From assembly GCA_964016885.1 (NCBI GenBank), contig OZ024744.1, forward strand, positions 11,284,001 through 11,348,000: 64,000 nt of DNA. Reading direction: 5' to 3'. The notes under the pieces were generated by a model. It saw nothing but the letters and a program-made list of their open reading frames with translations. It was not told the DNA's origin and searched no databases. Of this stretch, positions 40,801-55,000 are shown in pieces. The position numbers were made by a program, and so were the translations under genes. Origin of the DNA: Eledone cirrhosa. Taxonomy: Eukaryota. Numbering within the stretch: the stretch's first letter is position 1; every line of letters starts with the position of its first letter.

Positions 40801-43800
40801 TACTCCAATGTGTTGTGTTGTTATACTCCAATATGTTGTGTTGTTGTAGTCCAATATGTTGTGTTGTCGTACTCCAATATGTTGTGTTGTTATACTCCAA
40901 TATTTCGTGTGGTTGTACTCCAATATGTCATGGTATTGTACTTCAATATGTCGTGTTGTTGTACTCCAATATGTTGTCTTGTTGTACTCCAATCTGTTGT
41001 ATTGTTGTACTTCAATATGTTCTGTTGTTGTACTCCAATATATTGTGTTGTTGTACTCCAATATGTTGTGTTGTTGTACTCCAATATGCTGTGTTGTTGT
41101 ACTCCAATATGTTGTGTTGTTGTACTCCAATATGTTGAGTTGTTGTAGTCCAATATCTTGTGTTCTTATACTCCAATATGTTGTGTTGTTATACTCCTAT
41201 ATGTTGTGTTGTTGTACTCCAATATGTTGTGCTGTTGTACTCCAATATGATGTGCTGTTGTACTCCAATATGTTGTGTTGTTGTACTCCAATGTGTTGTG
41301 TTGTTGTACTCCAATATGTTGTGCCGTTGTACTCCAATATTTTTTTTGTTTTTGTACTCCAAAATATTGTGTTGTTATACTCCAATATGTTGTGTTGGTG
41401 TACTCCAATATGGTGTGCTGTTGTACTCCAAATCTCGTGTTGTTATACTCCAATGTGTTGTGTTGTTATACTCCAATATGGTGTGTTGTTGAACTCCAAT
41501 ATGTTGTATTGTTTTTCTCCAATATGTCATGTTATACTCCAATATGTTGTGTTCATGTACTCCAATATGTTGTGTTATTGTACTCCAATATGTTGCGTTG
41601 TTGTACTCCAATATGTTGTGTTGTTATACTCCAATATGTTGTGTTGTTGTACTCCAATATGTCATGTTGTTGTACTCCAGTATGTCTTGTTATACTCCAA
41701 TATGTCGTGTTGCTGTACTCCAATATGTCATGCTGTTGTACTCCAATATTTCGTGTCGTTGTACGCCAATATGTTGTGCTTTTGTACTCCAATATGTTTT
41801 GCTGTTGTACTCCACTGTGTTGTGTTGTTGAACTCCAATATGTTGTGTTGTTGTTCTCCAATATTTTGTGCTGTTGTACTCCAATGTGTTGTGTTGTTAT
41901 ACTCCAATATGTTGTGTTGTGATACTCCAATGTGTTGTGTTGTTGTACTCCAATATGTTGTGTTGTTGTACTCCAATATGTTGTGTTGTTATACACCAAT
42001 GTGGTGTGCTGTTGTAATCCAATATGTTATGTTGTACTCCAATATGTTGTGTTGTTATACTCCAATATGTAGTGTTGTTATACTCCAATATGTTGTGTTG
42101 TTGTACTCCAATCTGTTGTGTTATACTCCAATATGTTGTGTTGTTGTACTCCAATATGTTGTATTGTTGTTCTCCAATATGTCATGCTATACTCCAATAA
42201 GTTGTGTTCTTGTACTCCAATATGTTTTGTTGTTGTACTCCAATATGTTGTGTTGTTGTACTCCAATATATCATGTTGTCGTACTCCAATATGTCATGTT
42301 ATACTCCAATATGTCGTTGTTATACTCCAATATGTCATGTTGCTGTACTCCAACATGTCGTGTTGTAGTACTCCAATATGTTTTGATGTTGTACTCCAAT
42401 ATGTTGTGTTGTTGTACTCCAATATGTTGTGTTGTTGTACTCCAATATGTTGTGTTGTTATACTCCAATATGTTGTGTTGTTATACTCCAATATGTTGTG
42501 CTGTTGTACTCCAATATGTCATGTTGTTGTACTCCGATATTTCGTGTTGTTCTACTCCAATATTTCGTGTTGTTGTACTCCAATATCTCGTGGTGTTGTA
42601 CTCCAATATGTTTTGATGTTGTACTCCAATATGTCGTGTTGTTGTACTCCAATATGTTGTGTTGTTGTACTCCAATATGCTGTGTTGTTATACTCCTATA
42701 TGTTGTGCTGTTGTACTTCAATATGTTGTGTTCTACTCCAATATGTTGTGTTGTTCTACTCCAATATGTTGTGTTGTTGTACTCCAATATGTGATGTTGT
42801 TGTACTCCAATATGTCGTATTGTTGTACTCCAATATATTGTGTTGTTATACTCCAATATTTCGTGTTGTTTTAGTCCAATATGTCATGTTGTTTTACTCC
42901 AATATTTCGTGTTGTTGTACTCCAATATGTCATGGTGTTGTACTTCAATATGTCGTATTGTTGTACTCAAATATGTTGTGTTGTTGTTCTCCAATATGTC
43001 GTGTTGTTATACTCCAATATGTTATGATGTTGTACTCCAATATATTGTGTTGTTGTACTCCAATATGTTGTGTTGCTGTACTCCAATATGTTGTGTCGTT
43101 GTACTCCAATATGTTGTGTTGTTGTACTCCAATATGTTGTGTTTTTGTACTCCAATATGTTGTTGTACTCCAATATGCCATGTTGTTATACTCCAATATT
43201 TCGTGGCGTTGTACTCCAATATGTCATGTTGTTGTACTCCAATATTTCGTGTTGTTGTACTCCAATATGTCGTAGGGGTTGTACTCCAATATGGTGTGTT
43301 GTTGTACTCCAATATGCTGTGTTGCTGTACTCCAATAGGTTGTGTTGTTGTACTCCAATATGCTGTGTTGGCTGTGCTCCAATACGTTGTGTTGTTGTAC
43401 TCCAATATGTTGTGCTGCTGTACTCCAACATGTTGTGTTGTTGTACTCCAATATGTTGTGTTGTTGTACTCCAATATGTTGTGTTGTTGTACTCCAATCT
43501 ATATCGCTGTTGTACTCCAATATGTTGTGTTGTTGTACTCCAATATGTTGTGTTGTTGTACTCCAAAATATTGTGTTGTTATACTCCAATATGTTGTGTT
43601 GTTATACTCCAATATGTTGTGCTGTTATACTCCAATATGTTGTGTTGTTGTACTCCAATATGTTGTGCTGTTATACTCCAATATTTTGTGTTGTTATACT
43701 CCAATATGTGGTATTGTTGTACTCCAATATGTTGTGCTGTTGTCCTCCAATATGTTGTGTTGTTATACTCCAACATGTTGTGTTGTTATACTCCAATATG

Positions 43801-46800
43801 TTGTGTTGTTATACTCGAATATTTTGTGTTGTTATACTCGAATATCTTGTGTTGTTATACTCGAATATGTTGTGCTGTTGTACTCCAATATGTCGTGTTG
43901 TTGTACTCCAATATATCATGTAGTTGTACTCCAATATTTCGTGTTGTTGTACCCCAATATGTAGTGTTGTTTATACTCCAATATGTTTTGCTGTTGTACT
44001 CCAATATGATGTGCTGTTGTACTCCAATATGTTGTATTGTTGTTCTCCAATATGTCATGTTATACTCCAATAAGTTGTGTTCTTGTACTCCAATATGTTG
44101 TGTTGTTGTACTCCAATATATCATGTTGTCGTACTCCAATATGTCATGTTATACTCCAATATGTCATTGTTGTACTCCAATATGTCATTGTTGTACTCCA
44201 ATATGTCGTGTTGTTGTACTCCAATATGTCGTGTTGTTGTACTCCAATATGCTGTGTTGTTATACTCCAATATGTTGTGTTGTTGTACTCCAATATGTTG
44301 TGTTGTTATACTCCAATATGTTGTGTTGTTGTACTCCAATATGTCATGTTGTTGTACTCCAATATGTTGCGTTGTTGTACTCCAATATATCATGTTGTCG
44401 TACTCCAATATGTTTTGATGTTGTACTCCAATATGTTGTGTTGTTGTACTCCAATATGTTGTGTAGTCGTACTCCAATATGTTGTGTTGTTGTACTCCAA
44501 TATGCTGTGATGTTGTACTCCAATATGATGTGCTGTTGTACTCCAATGCGTTGTGTTGTTGTACTCCAATATGCTGTGTTGTTATACTCCAATATGTTGT
44601 GTTGTTATACTCCAATCTGTTGTGTTGTTATACTCCAATATATTGTGTTGTTATACTCCAATATGTTGTGTTGTTTTACTCCAATATCTTGTATTGTTGT
44701 TCTCCAATATGTCATGTTATACTCCAATAAGTTGTGTTCTTGTACTCCAATATGTTGTGTTGTTGTACTCCAATATGTTGTGTTGTTGTACTCCAATATA
44801 TCATGTTGTCGTACTCCAATATGTCATGTTATACTCCAATGTGTCATTGTTGTACTCCAATATGTCGTGTTGTTGTACTCCAATATGTCGTGTTGTTGTA
44901 CTCCAATATGTTGTGTTGTTGTACTCCAATATGTTGTGTTGTTGTACTCCAATATGTTGTGTTGTTATACTCCAATATGTTATGTTGTTGTACTCCAATA
45001 TGTCATGTTGTTGTACTCCAATATGTTTTGATGTTGTACTCCAATATGTCGTGTTGTTATACTCCAATATGTTATGATGTTGTACTCCAATATATTGTGT
45101 TGTTGTACTCCAATATGTTGTGTTGCTGTACTCCAATATGTTGTGTCGTTGTACTCCAATACGTTGTGTTGTTGTACTCCAATATGTTGTGTTGTTGTAC
45201 TCCAATATGTTGTTGTACTCCAATATGCCATGTTGTCGTACTCCAATATTTCGTGTTGTTGTACTCCAATATGTCATGATGTTGTACTCCAATATGTTGT
45301 GTTGTTGTACTCCAATATGTTGTGTTGTTGTACTCCAATATGTTGTGTTGTTGTACTCCAATATGTTGTGTTGTTGTACTCCAATATGTTGTGTTGTTGT
45401 ACTCCAATATGTTGTGTTGTTGTACTCCAATATGTTGTGTTGTTGTACTCCAATATGCCATGTTGTTATACTCCAATATGTGGTGGTGTTGTACTCCAAT
45501 ATGTCATGTTGTTGTACTCCAATATTTCGTGTTGTTGTACTCCAATATGTCATAGGGGTTGTACTCCAATATGCTGTGTTGCTGTACTCCAATAGGTTGT
45601 GTTGTTGTACTCCAATATGTTGTGTTGTTGTACTCCAATCTATATCGCTGTTGTACTCCAATATGTTGTGTTGTTGTACTCCAATATGTTGTGCTGTTGT
45701 ACTCCAATATGTTGTGCTGTTGTGCTCCAATATTTTGTGCTGTTATACTCCAATATATTGTGTTGTTATAATCCAATATGTTGTGTTGTTGTACTCCAAA
45801 ATATTGTGTTGTTATACTCCAATATGTTGTGTTGTTATACTCCAATAAGTTGTGCTGTTATACTCCAATATGTTGTGTTGTTGTACTCCAATATGTTGTG
45901 CTGTTATACTCCAATATTTTGTGTTGTTATACTCCAATATGTGGTATTGTTGTACTCCAATATGTTGTGCTGTTGTACTCCAATATGTTGTGTTGTTATA
46001 CTCCAACATGTTGTGTTGTTATACTCCAATATGTTGTGTTGTTATACTCGAATATGTTGTGTTGTTATACTCGAATATCTTGTGTTGTTATACTCGAATA
46101 TGTTGTGCTGTTGTACTCCAATATGTCGTGTTGTTGTACTCCAATATATCATGTAGTTGTACTCCAATATTTCGTGTTGTTGTACCCCAATATGTAGTGT
46201 TGTTTATACTCCAATATGTTTTGCTGTTGTACTCCAATATGTTGTGTTGCTGTACTCCTATATGTTGTGTTGTTATTCTCCAATATGTTGTGCTGTTGTA
46301 CTCCAATGTGTTGTGTTGTTATACTCCAATATGTTGTGTTGATTTACTCCAATATGTTGTGTTGTTGTACTCCAATCTGTTGTGTTGTTATACTCCAATG
46401 TGTTGTGTTGTTATACTCCAATATGTTGTGTTGTTGTAGTCCAATATGTTGTGTTGTCGTACTCCAATATGTTGTGTTGTTATACTCCAATATTTCGTGT
46501 GGTTGTACTCCAATATGTCATGGTGTTGTACTTCAATATGTCGTGTTGTTGTACTCCAATATGTTGTCTTGCTGTACTCCAATATGTTGTGTTGTTGTAC
46601 TCCAATATCTTGTGTTCTTATACTCCAATATGTTGTGTTGTTATACTCCAATATGTTGTGTTGTTGTACTCCAATATGTTGTGCTGTTTTACTCCAATAT
46701 GTTGTGTTGTTGTACTCCAATATGTTGTATTGTTTTTCTCCAATATGTCATGTTATACTCCAATAAGTTGTGTTCTTGTACTCCAATATGTTGTGTTGTT

Positions 46801-48337
46801 GTACTCCAATATATCATGTTGTCGTACTCCAATATGTCATGTTATACTCCAATATGTCATTGTTGTACTCCAATATGTCGTGTTGTTGTACTCCAATATG
46901 TCGTGTTGTTGTACTCCAATATGTTGTGTTGTTGTACTCCAATATGTTGTGTTGTTGTACTCCAATATGTTGTGTTGTTATACTCCAATATGTTATGTTG
47001 TTGTACTCCAATATGTCATGTTGTTGTACTCCAATATGTTTTGATGTTGTACTCCAATATGTTGTGTTGTTGTACTCCAATATGTTTTGATGTTGTAGTC
47101 CAATATGTTGTGTTGTTGTACTCCAATATGTTGTGTAGTCGTACTCCAATATGTTGTGTTGTTGTACTCCAATATGCTGTGATGTTATACTCCAATATGA
47201 TGTGCTGTTGTACTCCAATGCGTTGTGTTGTTGTACTCCAATATGCTGTGTTGTTATACTCCAATATGTTGTGTTGTTGTACTCCAATATGTTGTGTTGT
47301 TGTACTCCAATATGTTGTGTTGTTGTAATCCAATATCTTGTGTAGTTATACTCCAATATGTTGTGCTGTTGTACTCCAATATGTTGAGTTGTTATACTCC
47401 AATATGTAGTGTTGTTATACTCCAATATGTTGTGTTGTTGTACTCCAATCTGTTGCGTTATACTCCAATATGTTGTGTTGTTATACTCCAATATGTTGTG
47501 TTGTTGTACTCCAATATGTTGTGTAGTCGTATTCCAATATGTTGTGTTGTTGTACTCTAATATGTTTTGTTGTTATTCTCCAATATGTTGTGATGTTGTA
47601 CTCCAATGTGTTGTGTTGTTGTACTCCAATGTGATGTGTTGCTGTACTCCAATATGTTGTGCTGTTGTACTCCAATATTTTTTGTTTTTTGTACTCCAAT
47701 ATGTTGTGTTGTTATACTCCAATATGTTGTGTTGTTATACTCCAATATGGTGTGTTGTTGTACTCCAATATGTTGTATTGTTTTCTCCAATATGTCATGT
47801 TATACTCCAATATGGTGTGTTCGTGTACTCCAATATGTTGTGTTATTGTACTCCAATATGTTGCGTTGTTGTACTCCAATATGTTGTGTTGTTATACTCC
47901 AATATGTCGTGTGGCTGTACTCCAATATGTCATGTTGTTGTACTCCAATATGTCTTGTTATAGTCCAATATGTCGTGTTGTTGTACTCCAATATATCATG
48001 TAGTTGTACTCCAATATTTCGTGTTGTTGTACCCCAATATGTAGTGTTGTTTATACTCCAATATGTTTTGCTGTTGTACTCCAATATGTTGTGTTGCTGT
48101 ACTCCTATATGTTGTGTTGTTATTCTCCAATATGTTGTGCTGTTGTACTCCAATGTGTTGTGTTGTTATACTCCAATGTGTTGTGTTGTTATACTCCAAT
48201 ATGTTGTGTTGTTGTAGTCCAATATGTTGTGTTGTCGTACTCCAATATGTTGTGTTGTTATACTCCAATATTTCGTGTGGTTGTACTCCAGTATGTCATG
48301 GTGTTGTACTTCAATATGTCGTGTTGTTGTACTCCAA
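37801..48337 (+). repeat. 10,537-bp tandem duplication, unit 2 (directly abuts unit 1)
   Basis: Sequence after about 37801 resumes the variant pattern of about 27264. The end of the unit (tccagtatgtcatggtg at about 48287) matches about 37751. Confidence 0.95.
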
Positions 48338-49429
48338 TATGTTGTCTTGTTGTACTCCAATCTGTTGTATTGTTGTACTTCAATATGTTCTGTTGTTGTA
48401 CTCCAATATATTGTGTTGTTGTACTCCAATATGTTGTGTTGTTGTACTCCAATATGCTGTGTTGTTGTACTCCAATATGTTGTGTTGTTGTACTCCAATA
48501 TGTTGTGTTGTTGTACTCCAATATCTTGTGTTCTTATACTCCAATATGTTGTGTTGTTATACTCCAATATGTTGTGTTGTTGTACTCCAATATGTTGTGC
48601 TGTTGTACTCCAATATGATGTGCTGTTGTACTCCAATATGTTGTGTTGTTGTACTCCAATGTGTTGTGTTGTTGTACTCCAATATGTTGTGCCGTTGTAC
48701 TCCAATATTTTTTTGTTTTTGTACTCCAAAATGTTGTGTTGTTATACTCCAATATGTTGTGTTGGTTTACTCCAATATGGTGTGCTGTTGTACTCCAAAT
48801 CTCGTGTTGTTATACTCCAATGTGTTGTGTTGTTATACTCCAATATGGTGTGTTGTTGAACTCCAATATGTTGTATTGTTTTTCTCCAATATGTCATGTT
48901 ATACTCCAATATGTCGTGTTGCTGTACTCCAATATGTCATGCTGTTGTACTTCAATATGTTTTGCTGTTGTACTCCACCGTGTTGTGTTGTTGAACTCCA
49001 ATACGTTGTGTTGTTGTTCTCCAATATTTTGTGCTGTTGTACTCCAATTTGTGTTGTTGTACTCCAATATGTTGTGTTGTTGTACTCCAATATGTTGTGT
49101 TGTTGTACTCCAATATGTTGTGTTGTTATACTCCAATATGTTGTGCTGTTGTACTCCAATATTTCGTGTTGTTGTACTCCAATATGTCGTGTTGTTGTAC
49201 TCCAATATGTTTTGATGTTGTACTCAAATATGTTGTGTTGTTGTACTCCAATATGTTTTGATGTTGTACTCCAATATGTTGTGTTGTTGTACTCCAATAT
49301 GTTGTGTAGTCTTACTCCAATATGTTGTGTTGTTGTACTCCAATATGCTGTGATGTTGTACTCCAATATGATGTGATGTTGTACTCCAATGTGTTGTGTT
49401 GTTGTACTCCAATGTGATGTGTTGTTGTA

Positions 49430-52000
49430 CTCCAATATGTTGTGTTGTTATACTCCAATATGTTATGTTGTTGTACTCCAATATGTCATGTTGTTGTACT
49501 CCAATATGTTTTGATGTTGTACTCCAATATGTCGTGTTGTTATACTCCAATATGTTATGATGTTGTACTCCAATATATTGTGTTGTTGTACTCCAATATG
49601 TTGTGTCGTTGTACTCCAATACGTTGTGTTGTTGTACTCCAATATGTTGTGTTGTTGTACTCCAATATGTTGTTGTACTCCAATATGCCATGTTGTCGTA
49701 CTCCAATATTCCGTGTTGTTGTACTCCAATATGTCATGGTGTTGTACTCCAATATGTTGTGTTGTTGTACTCCAATATGTTGTGTTGTTGTACTCCAGTA
49801 TGTTGTGTTGTTGTACTCCAATATGTTGTGTTGTTGTACTCCAATATGTTGTGTTGTTGTACTCCAATATGTTGTGTTGTTGTACTCCAATATGTTGTGT
49901 TGTTGTACTCCAATATGCCATGTTGTTATACTCCAATATGTGGTGGTGTTGTACTCCAATATGTCATGTTGTTGTACTCCAATATTTCGTGTTGTTGTAC
50001 TCCAATATGTCATAGGGGTTGTACTCCAATACGCTGTGTTGCTGTACTCCAATAGGTTGTGTTGTTGTACTCCAATATGCTGTGTTGGCTGTGCTCCAAT
50101 ACGTTGTGTTGTTGTACTCCAATATGCTGTGCTGCTGTACTCCAATATGTTGTGTTGTTGTACTCCAATATGTTGTGTTGTTGTACTCCAATATGTTGTG
50201 TTGTTGTACTCCAATCTATATCGCTGTTGTACTCCAATATGTTGTGTTTTTGTACTCCAATATGTTGTGCTGTTGTACTCCAATATGTTGTGCTGTTGTA
50301 CTCCAATATTTTGTGCTGTTATACTCCAATATATTGTGTTGTTATACTCCAATATGTTGTGTTGTTGTACTCCAAAATATTGTGTTGTTATACTCCAATA
50401 TGTTGTGTTGTTATACTCCAATAAGTTGTGCTGTTATACTCCAATATGTTGTGTTGTTGTACTCCAATATGTTGTGCTGTTATACTCCAATATTTTGTGT
50501 TGTTATACTCCAATATGTGGTATTGTTGTACTCCAATATGTTGTGCTGTTGTACTCCAATATGTTGTGTTGTTATACTCCAACATGTTGTGTTGTTATAC
50601 TCCAATATGTTGTGTTGTTATACTCGAATATGTTGTGTTGTTATACTCGAATATATTGTGTTGTTATACTCGAATATGTTGTGCTGTTGTACTCCAATAT
50701 GTCGTGTTGTTGTACTCCAATATATCATGTAGTTGTACTCCAATATTTCGTGTTGTTGTACCCCAATATGTAGTGTTGTTTATACTCCAATATGTTTTGC
50801 TGTTGTACTCCAATATGTTGTGTTGCTGTACTCCTATATGTTGTGTTGTTATTCTCCAATATGTTGTGCTGTTGTACTCCAATGTGTTGTGTTGTTATAC
50901 TCCAATATGTTGTGTTGATTTACTCCAATATGTTGTGTTGTTGTACTCCAATCTGTTGTGTTGTTATACTCCAATGTGTTGTGTTGTTATACTCCAATAT
51001 GTTGTGTTGTTGTAGTCCAATATGTTGTGTTGTCGTACTCCAATATGTTGTGTTGTTATACTCCAATATTTCGTGTGGTTGTACTCCAATATGTCATGAT
51101 GTTGTACTTCAATATGTCGTGTTGTTGTACTCCAATATGTTGTCTTGCTGTACTCCAATATGTTGTGTTGTTGTACTCCAATATCTTGTGTTCTTATACT
51201 CCAATATGTTGTGTTGTTATACTCCAATATGTTGTGTTGTTGTACTCCAATATGTTGTGCTGTTTTACTCCAATATGTTGTGTTGTTGTACTCCAATATG
51301 TTGTATTGTTTTTCTCCAATATGTCATGTTATACTCCAATAAGTTGTGTTCTTGTACTCCAATATGTTGTGTTGTTGTACTCCAATATATCATGTTGTCG
51401 TACTCCAATATGTCATGCTATACTCCAATATGTCATTGTTGTACTCCAATATGTCGTGTTGTTGTACTCCAATATGTCGTGTTGTTGTACTCCAATATGT
51501 TGTGTTGTTGTACTCCAATATGTTGTGTTGTTGTACTCCAATATGTTGTGTTGTTATACTCCAATATGTTATGTTGTTGTACTCCAATATGTCATGTTGT
51601 TGTACTCCAATATGTTTTGATGTTGTACTCCAATATGTTGTGTTGTTGTACTCCAATATGTTTTGATGTTGTAGTCCAATATGTTGTGTTGTTGTACTCC
51701 AATATGTTGTGTAGTCGTACTCCAATATGTTGTGTTGTTGTACTCCAATATGCTGTGATGTTGTACTCCAATATGATGTGCTGTTGTACTCCAATGCGTT
51801 GTGTTGTTGTACTCCAATATGCTGTGTTGTTATACTCCAATATGTTGTGTTGTTGTACTCCAATATGTTGTGTTGTTGTACTCCAATATGTTGTGTTGTT
51901 GTAATCCAATATCTTGTGTAGTTATACTCCAATATGTTGTGCTGTTGTACTCCAATATGTTGAGTTGTTATACTCCAATATGTAGTGTTGTTATACTCCA
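49430..52000 (+). repeat. About 2.5-kb copy of about 44960-47420 (offset 4,576 in the distal part)
   Basis: ORFs 46157..46342 = 50733..50918, 46770..47090 = 51346..51666, 47151..47345 ~ 51727..51921. Confidence 0.88.
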
Positions 52001-55000
52001 ATATGGTGTGTTCGTGTACTCCAATATGTTGTGTTATTGTACTCCAATATGTTGCGTTGTTGTACTCCAATATGTTGTGTTGTTATACTCCAATATGTCG
52101 TGTGGCTGTACTCCAATATGTCATGTTGTTGTACTCCAATATGTCTTGTTATAGTCCAATATGTCGTGTTGTTGTACTCCAATATATCATGTAGTTGTAC
52201 TCCAATATTTCGTGTTGTTGTACCCCAATATGTAGTGTTGTTTATACTCCAATATGTTTTGCTGTTGTACTCCAATATGTTGTGTTGCTGTACTCCTATA
52301 TGTTGTGTTGTTATTCTCCAATATGTTGTGCTGTTGTACTCCAATGTGTTGTGTTGTTATACTCCAATGTGTTGTGTTGTTATACTCCAATATGTTGTGT
52401 TGTTGTAGTCCAATATGTTGTGTTGTTATACTCCAATATTTCGTGTGGTTGTACTCCAATATGTCATGGTGTTGTACTTCAATATGTCGTGTTGTTGTAC
52501 TCCAATATGTTGTCTTGTTGTACTCCAATCTGTTGTATTGTTGTACTTCAATATGTTCTGTTCATGTACTCCAATATATTGTGTTGTTGTACTCCAATAT
52601 GTTGTGTTGTTGTACTCCAATATGTTGTGCTTTTGTACTCCAATATGTTTTGCTGTTGTACTCCACTGTGTTGTGTTGTTGAACTCCAATATGTTGTGTT
52701 GTTGTTCTCCAATATTTTGTGCTGTTGTACTCCAATGTGTTGTGTTGTTATACTCCAATATGTTGTGTTGTGATACTCCAATGTGTTGTGTTGTTGTACT
52801 CCAATATGTTGTGTTGTTGTACTCCAATATGTTGTGTTGTTATACACCAATGTGGTGTGCTGTTGTAATCCAATATGTTATGTTGTACTCCAATATGTTG
52901 TGTTGTTATACTCCAATATGTAGTGTTGTTATACTCCAATATGTTGTGTTGTTGTACTCCAATCTGTTGTGTTATACTCCAATATGTTGTGTTGTTATAC
53001 TCCAATATGTTGTGTTGTTATACTCCAATATGGTGTGTTGTTGTACTCCAATATGTTGTATTGTTTTCTCCAATATGTCATGTTATACTCCAATATGGTG
53101 TGTTCGTGTACTCCAATATGTTGTGTTATTGTACTCCAATATGTTGCGTTGTTGTACTCCAATATGTTGTGTTGTTATACTCCAATATGTCGTGTGGCTG
53201 TACTCCAATATGTCATGTTGTTGTACTCCAATATGTCTTGTTATAGTCCAATATGTCGTGTTGTTGTACTCCAATATATCATGTAGTTGTACTCCAATAT
53301 TTCGTGTTGTTGTACCCCAATATGTAGTGTTGTTTATACTCCAATATGTTTTGCTGTTGTACTCCAATATGTTGTGTTGCTGTACTCCTATATGTTGTGT
53401 TGTTATTCTCCAATATGTTGTGCTGTTGTACTCCAATGTGTTGTGTTGTTATACTCCAATGTGTTGTGTTGTTATACTCCAATATGTTGTGTTGTTGTAG
53501 TCCAATATGTTGTGTTGTCGTACTCCAATATGTTGTGTTGTTATACTCCAATATTTCGTGTGGTTGTACTCCAATATGTCATGGTGTTGTACTTCAATAT
53601 GTCGTGTTGTTGTACTCCAATATGTTGTCTTGTTGTACTCCAATCTGTTGTATTGTTGTACTTCAATATGTTCTGTTGTTGTACTCCAATATATTGTGTT
53701 GTTGTACTCCAATATGTTGTGTTGTTGTACTCCAATATGCTGTGTTGTTGTACTCCAATATGTTGTGTTGTTGTACTCCAATATGTTGAGTTGTTGTAGT
53801 CCAATATCTTGTGTTCTTATACTCCAATATGTTGTGTTGTTATACTCCTATATGTTGTGTTGTTGTACTCCAATATGTTGTGCTGTTGTACTCCAATATG
53901 ATGTGCTGTTGTACTCCAATATGTTGTGTTGTTGTACTCCAATGTGTTGTGTTGTTGTACTCCAATATGTTGTGCCGTTGTACTCCAATATTTTTTTTGT
54001 TTTTGTACTCCAAAATATTGTGTTGTTATACTCCAATATGTTGTGTTGGTGTACTCCAATATGGTGTGCTGTTGTACTCCAAATCTCGTGTTGTTATACT
54101 CCAATGTGTTGTGTTGTTATACTCCAATATGGTGTGTTGTTGAACTCCAATATGTTGTATTGTTTTTCTCCAATATGTCATGTTATACTCCAATATGTTG
54201 TGTTCGTGTATTCCAATATGTTGTGTTATTGTACTCCAATATGTTGCGTTGTTGTACTCCAATATGTTGTGTTGTTATACTCCAATATGTTGTGTTGTTG
54301 TACTCCAATATGTCATGTTGTTGTACTCCAGTATGTCTTGTTATACTCCAATATGTCGTGTTGCTGTACTCCAATATGTCATGCTGTTGTACTCCAATAT
54401 TTCGTGTCGTTGTACGCCAATATGTTGTGCTTTTGTACTCCAATATGTTTTGCTGTTGTACTCCACTGTGTTGTGTTGTTGAACTCCAATATGTTGTGTT
54501 GTTGTTCTCCAATATTTTGTGCTGTTGTACTCCAATGTGTTGTGTTGTTATACTCCAATATGTTGTGTTGTGATACTCCAATGTGTTGTGTTGTTGTACT
54601 CCAATATGTTGTGTTGTTGTACTCCAATATGTTGTGTTGTTATACACCAATGTGGTGTGCTGTTGTAATCCAATATGTTATGTTGTACTCCAATATGTTG
54701 TGTTGTTATACTCCAATATGTAGTGTTGTTATACTCCAATATGTTGTGTTGTTGTACTCCAATCTGTTGTGTTATACTCCAATATGTTGTGTTGTTGTAC
54801 TCCAATATGTTGTATTGTTGTTCTCCAATATGTCATGCTATACTCCAATAAGTTGTGTTCTTGTACTCCAATATGTTTTGTTGTTGTACTCCAATATGTT
54901 GTGTTGTTGTACTCCAATATATCATGTTGTCGTACTCCAATATGTCATGTTATACTCCAATATGTCGTTGTTATACTCCAATATGTCATGTTGCTGTACT

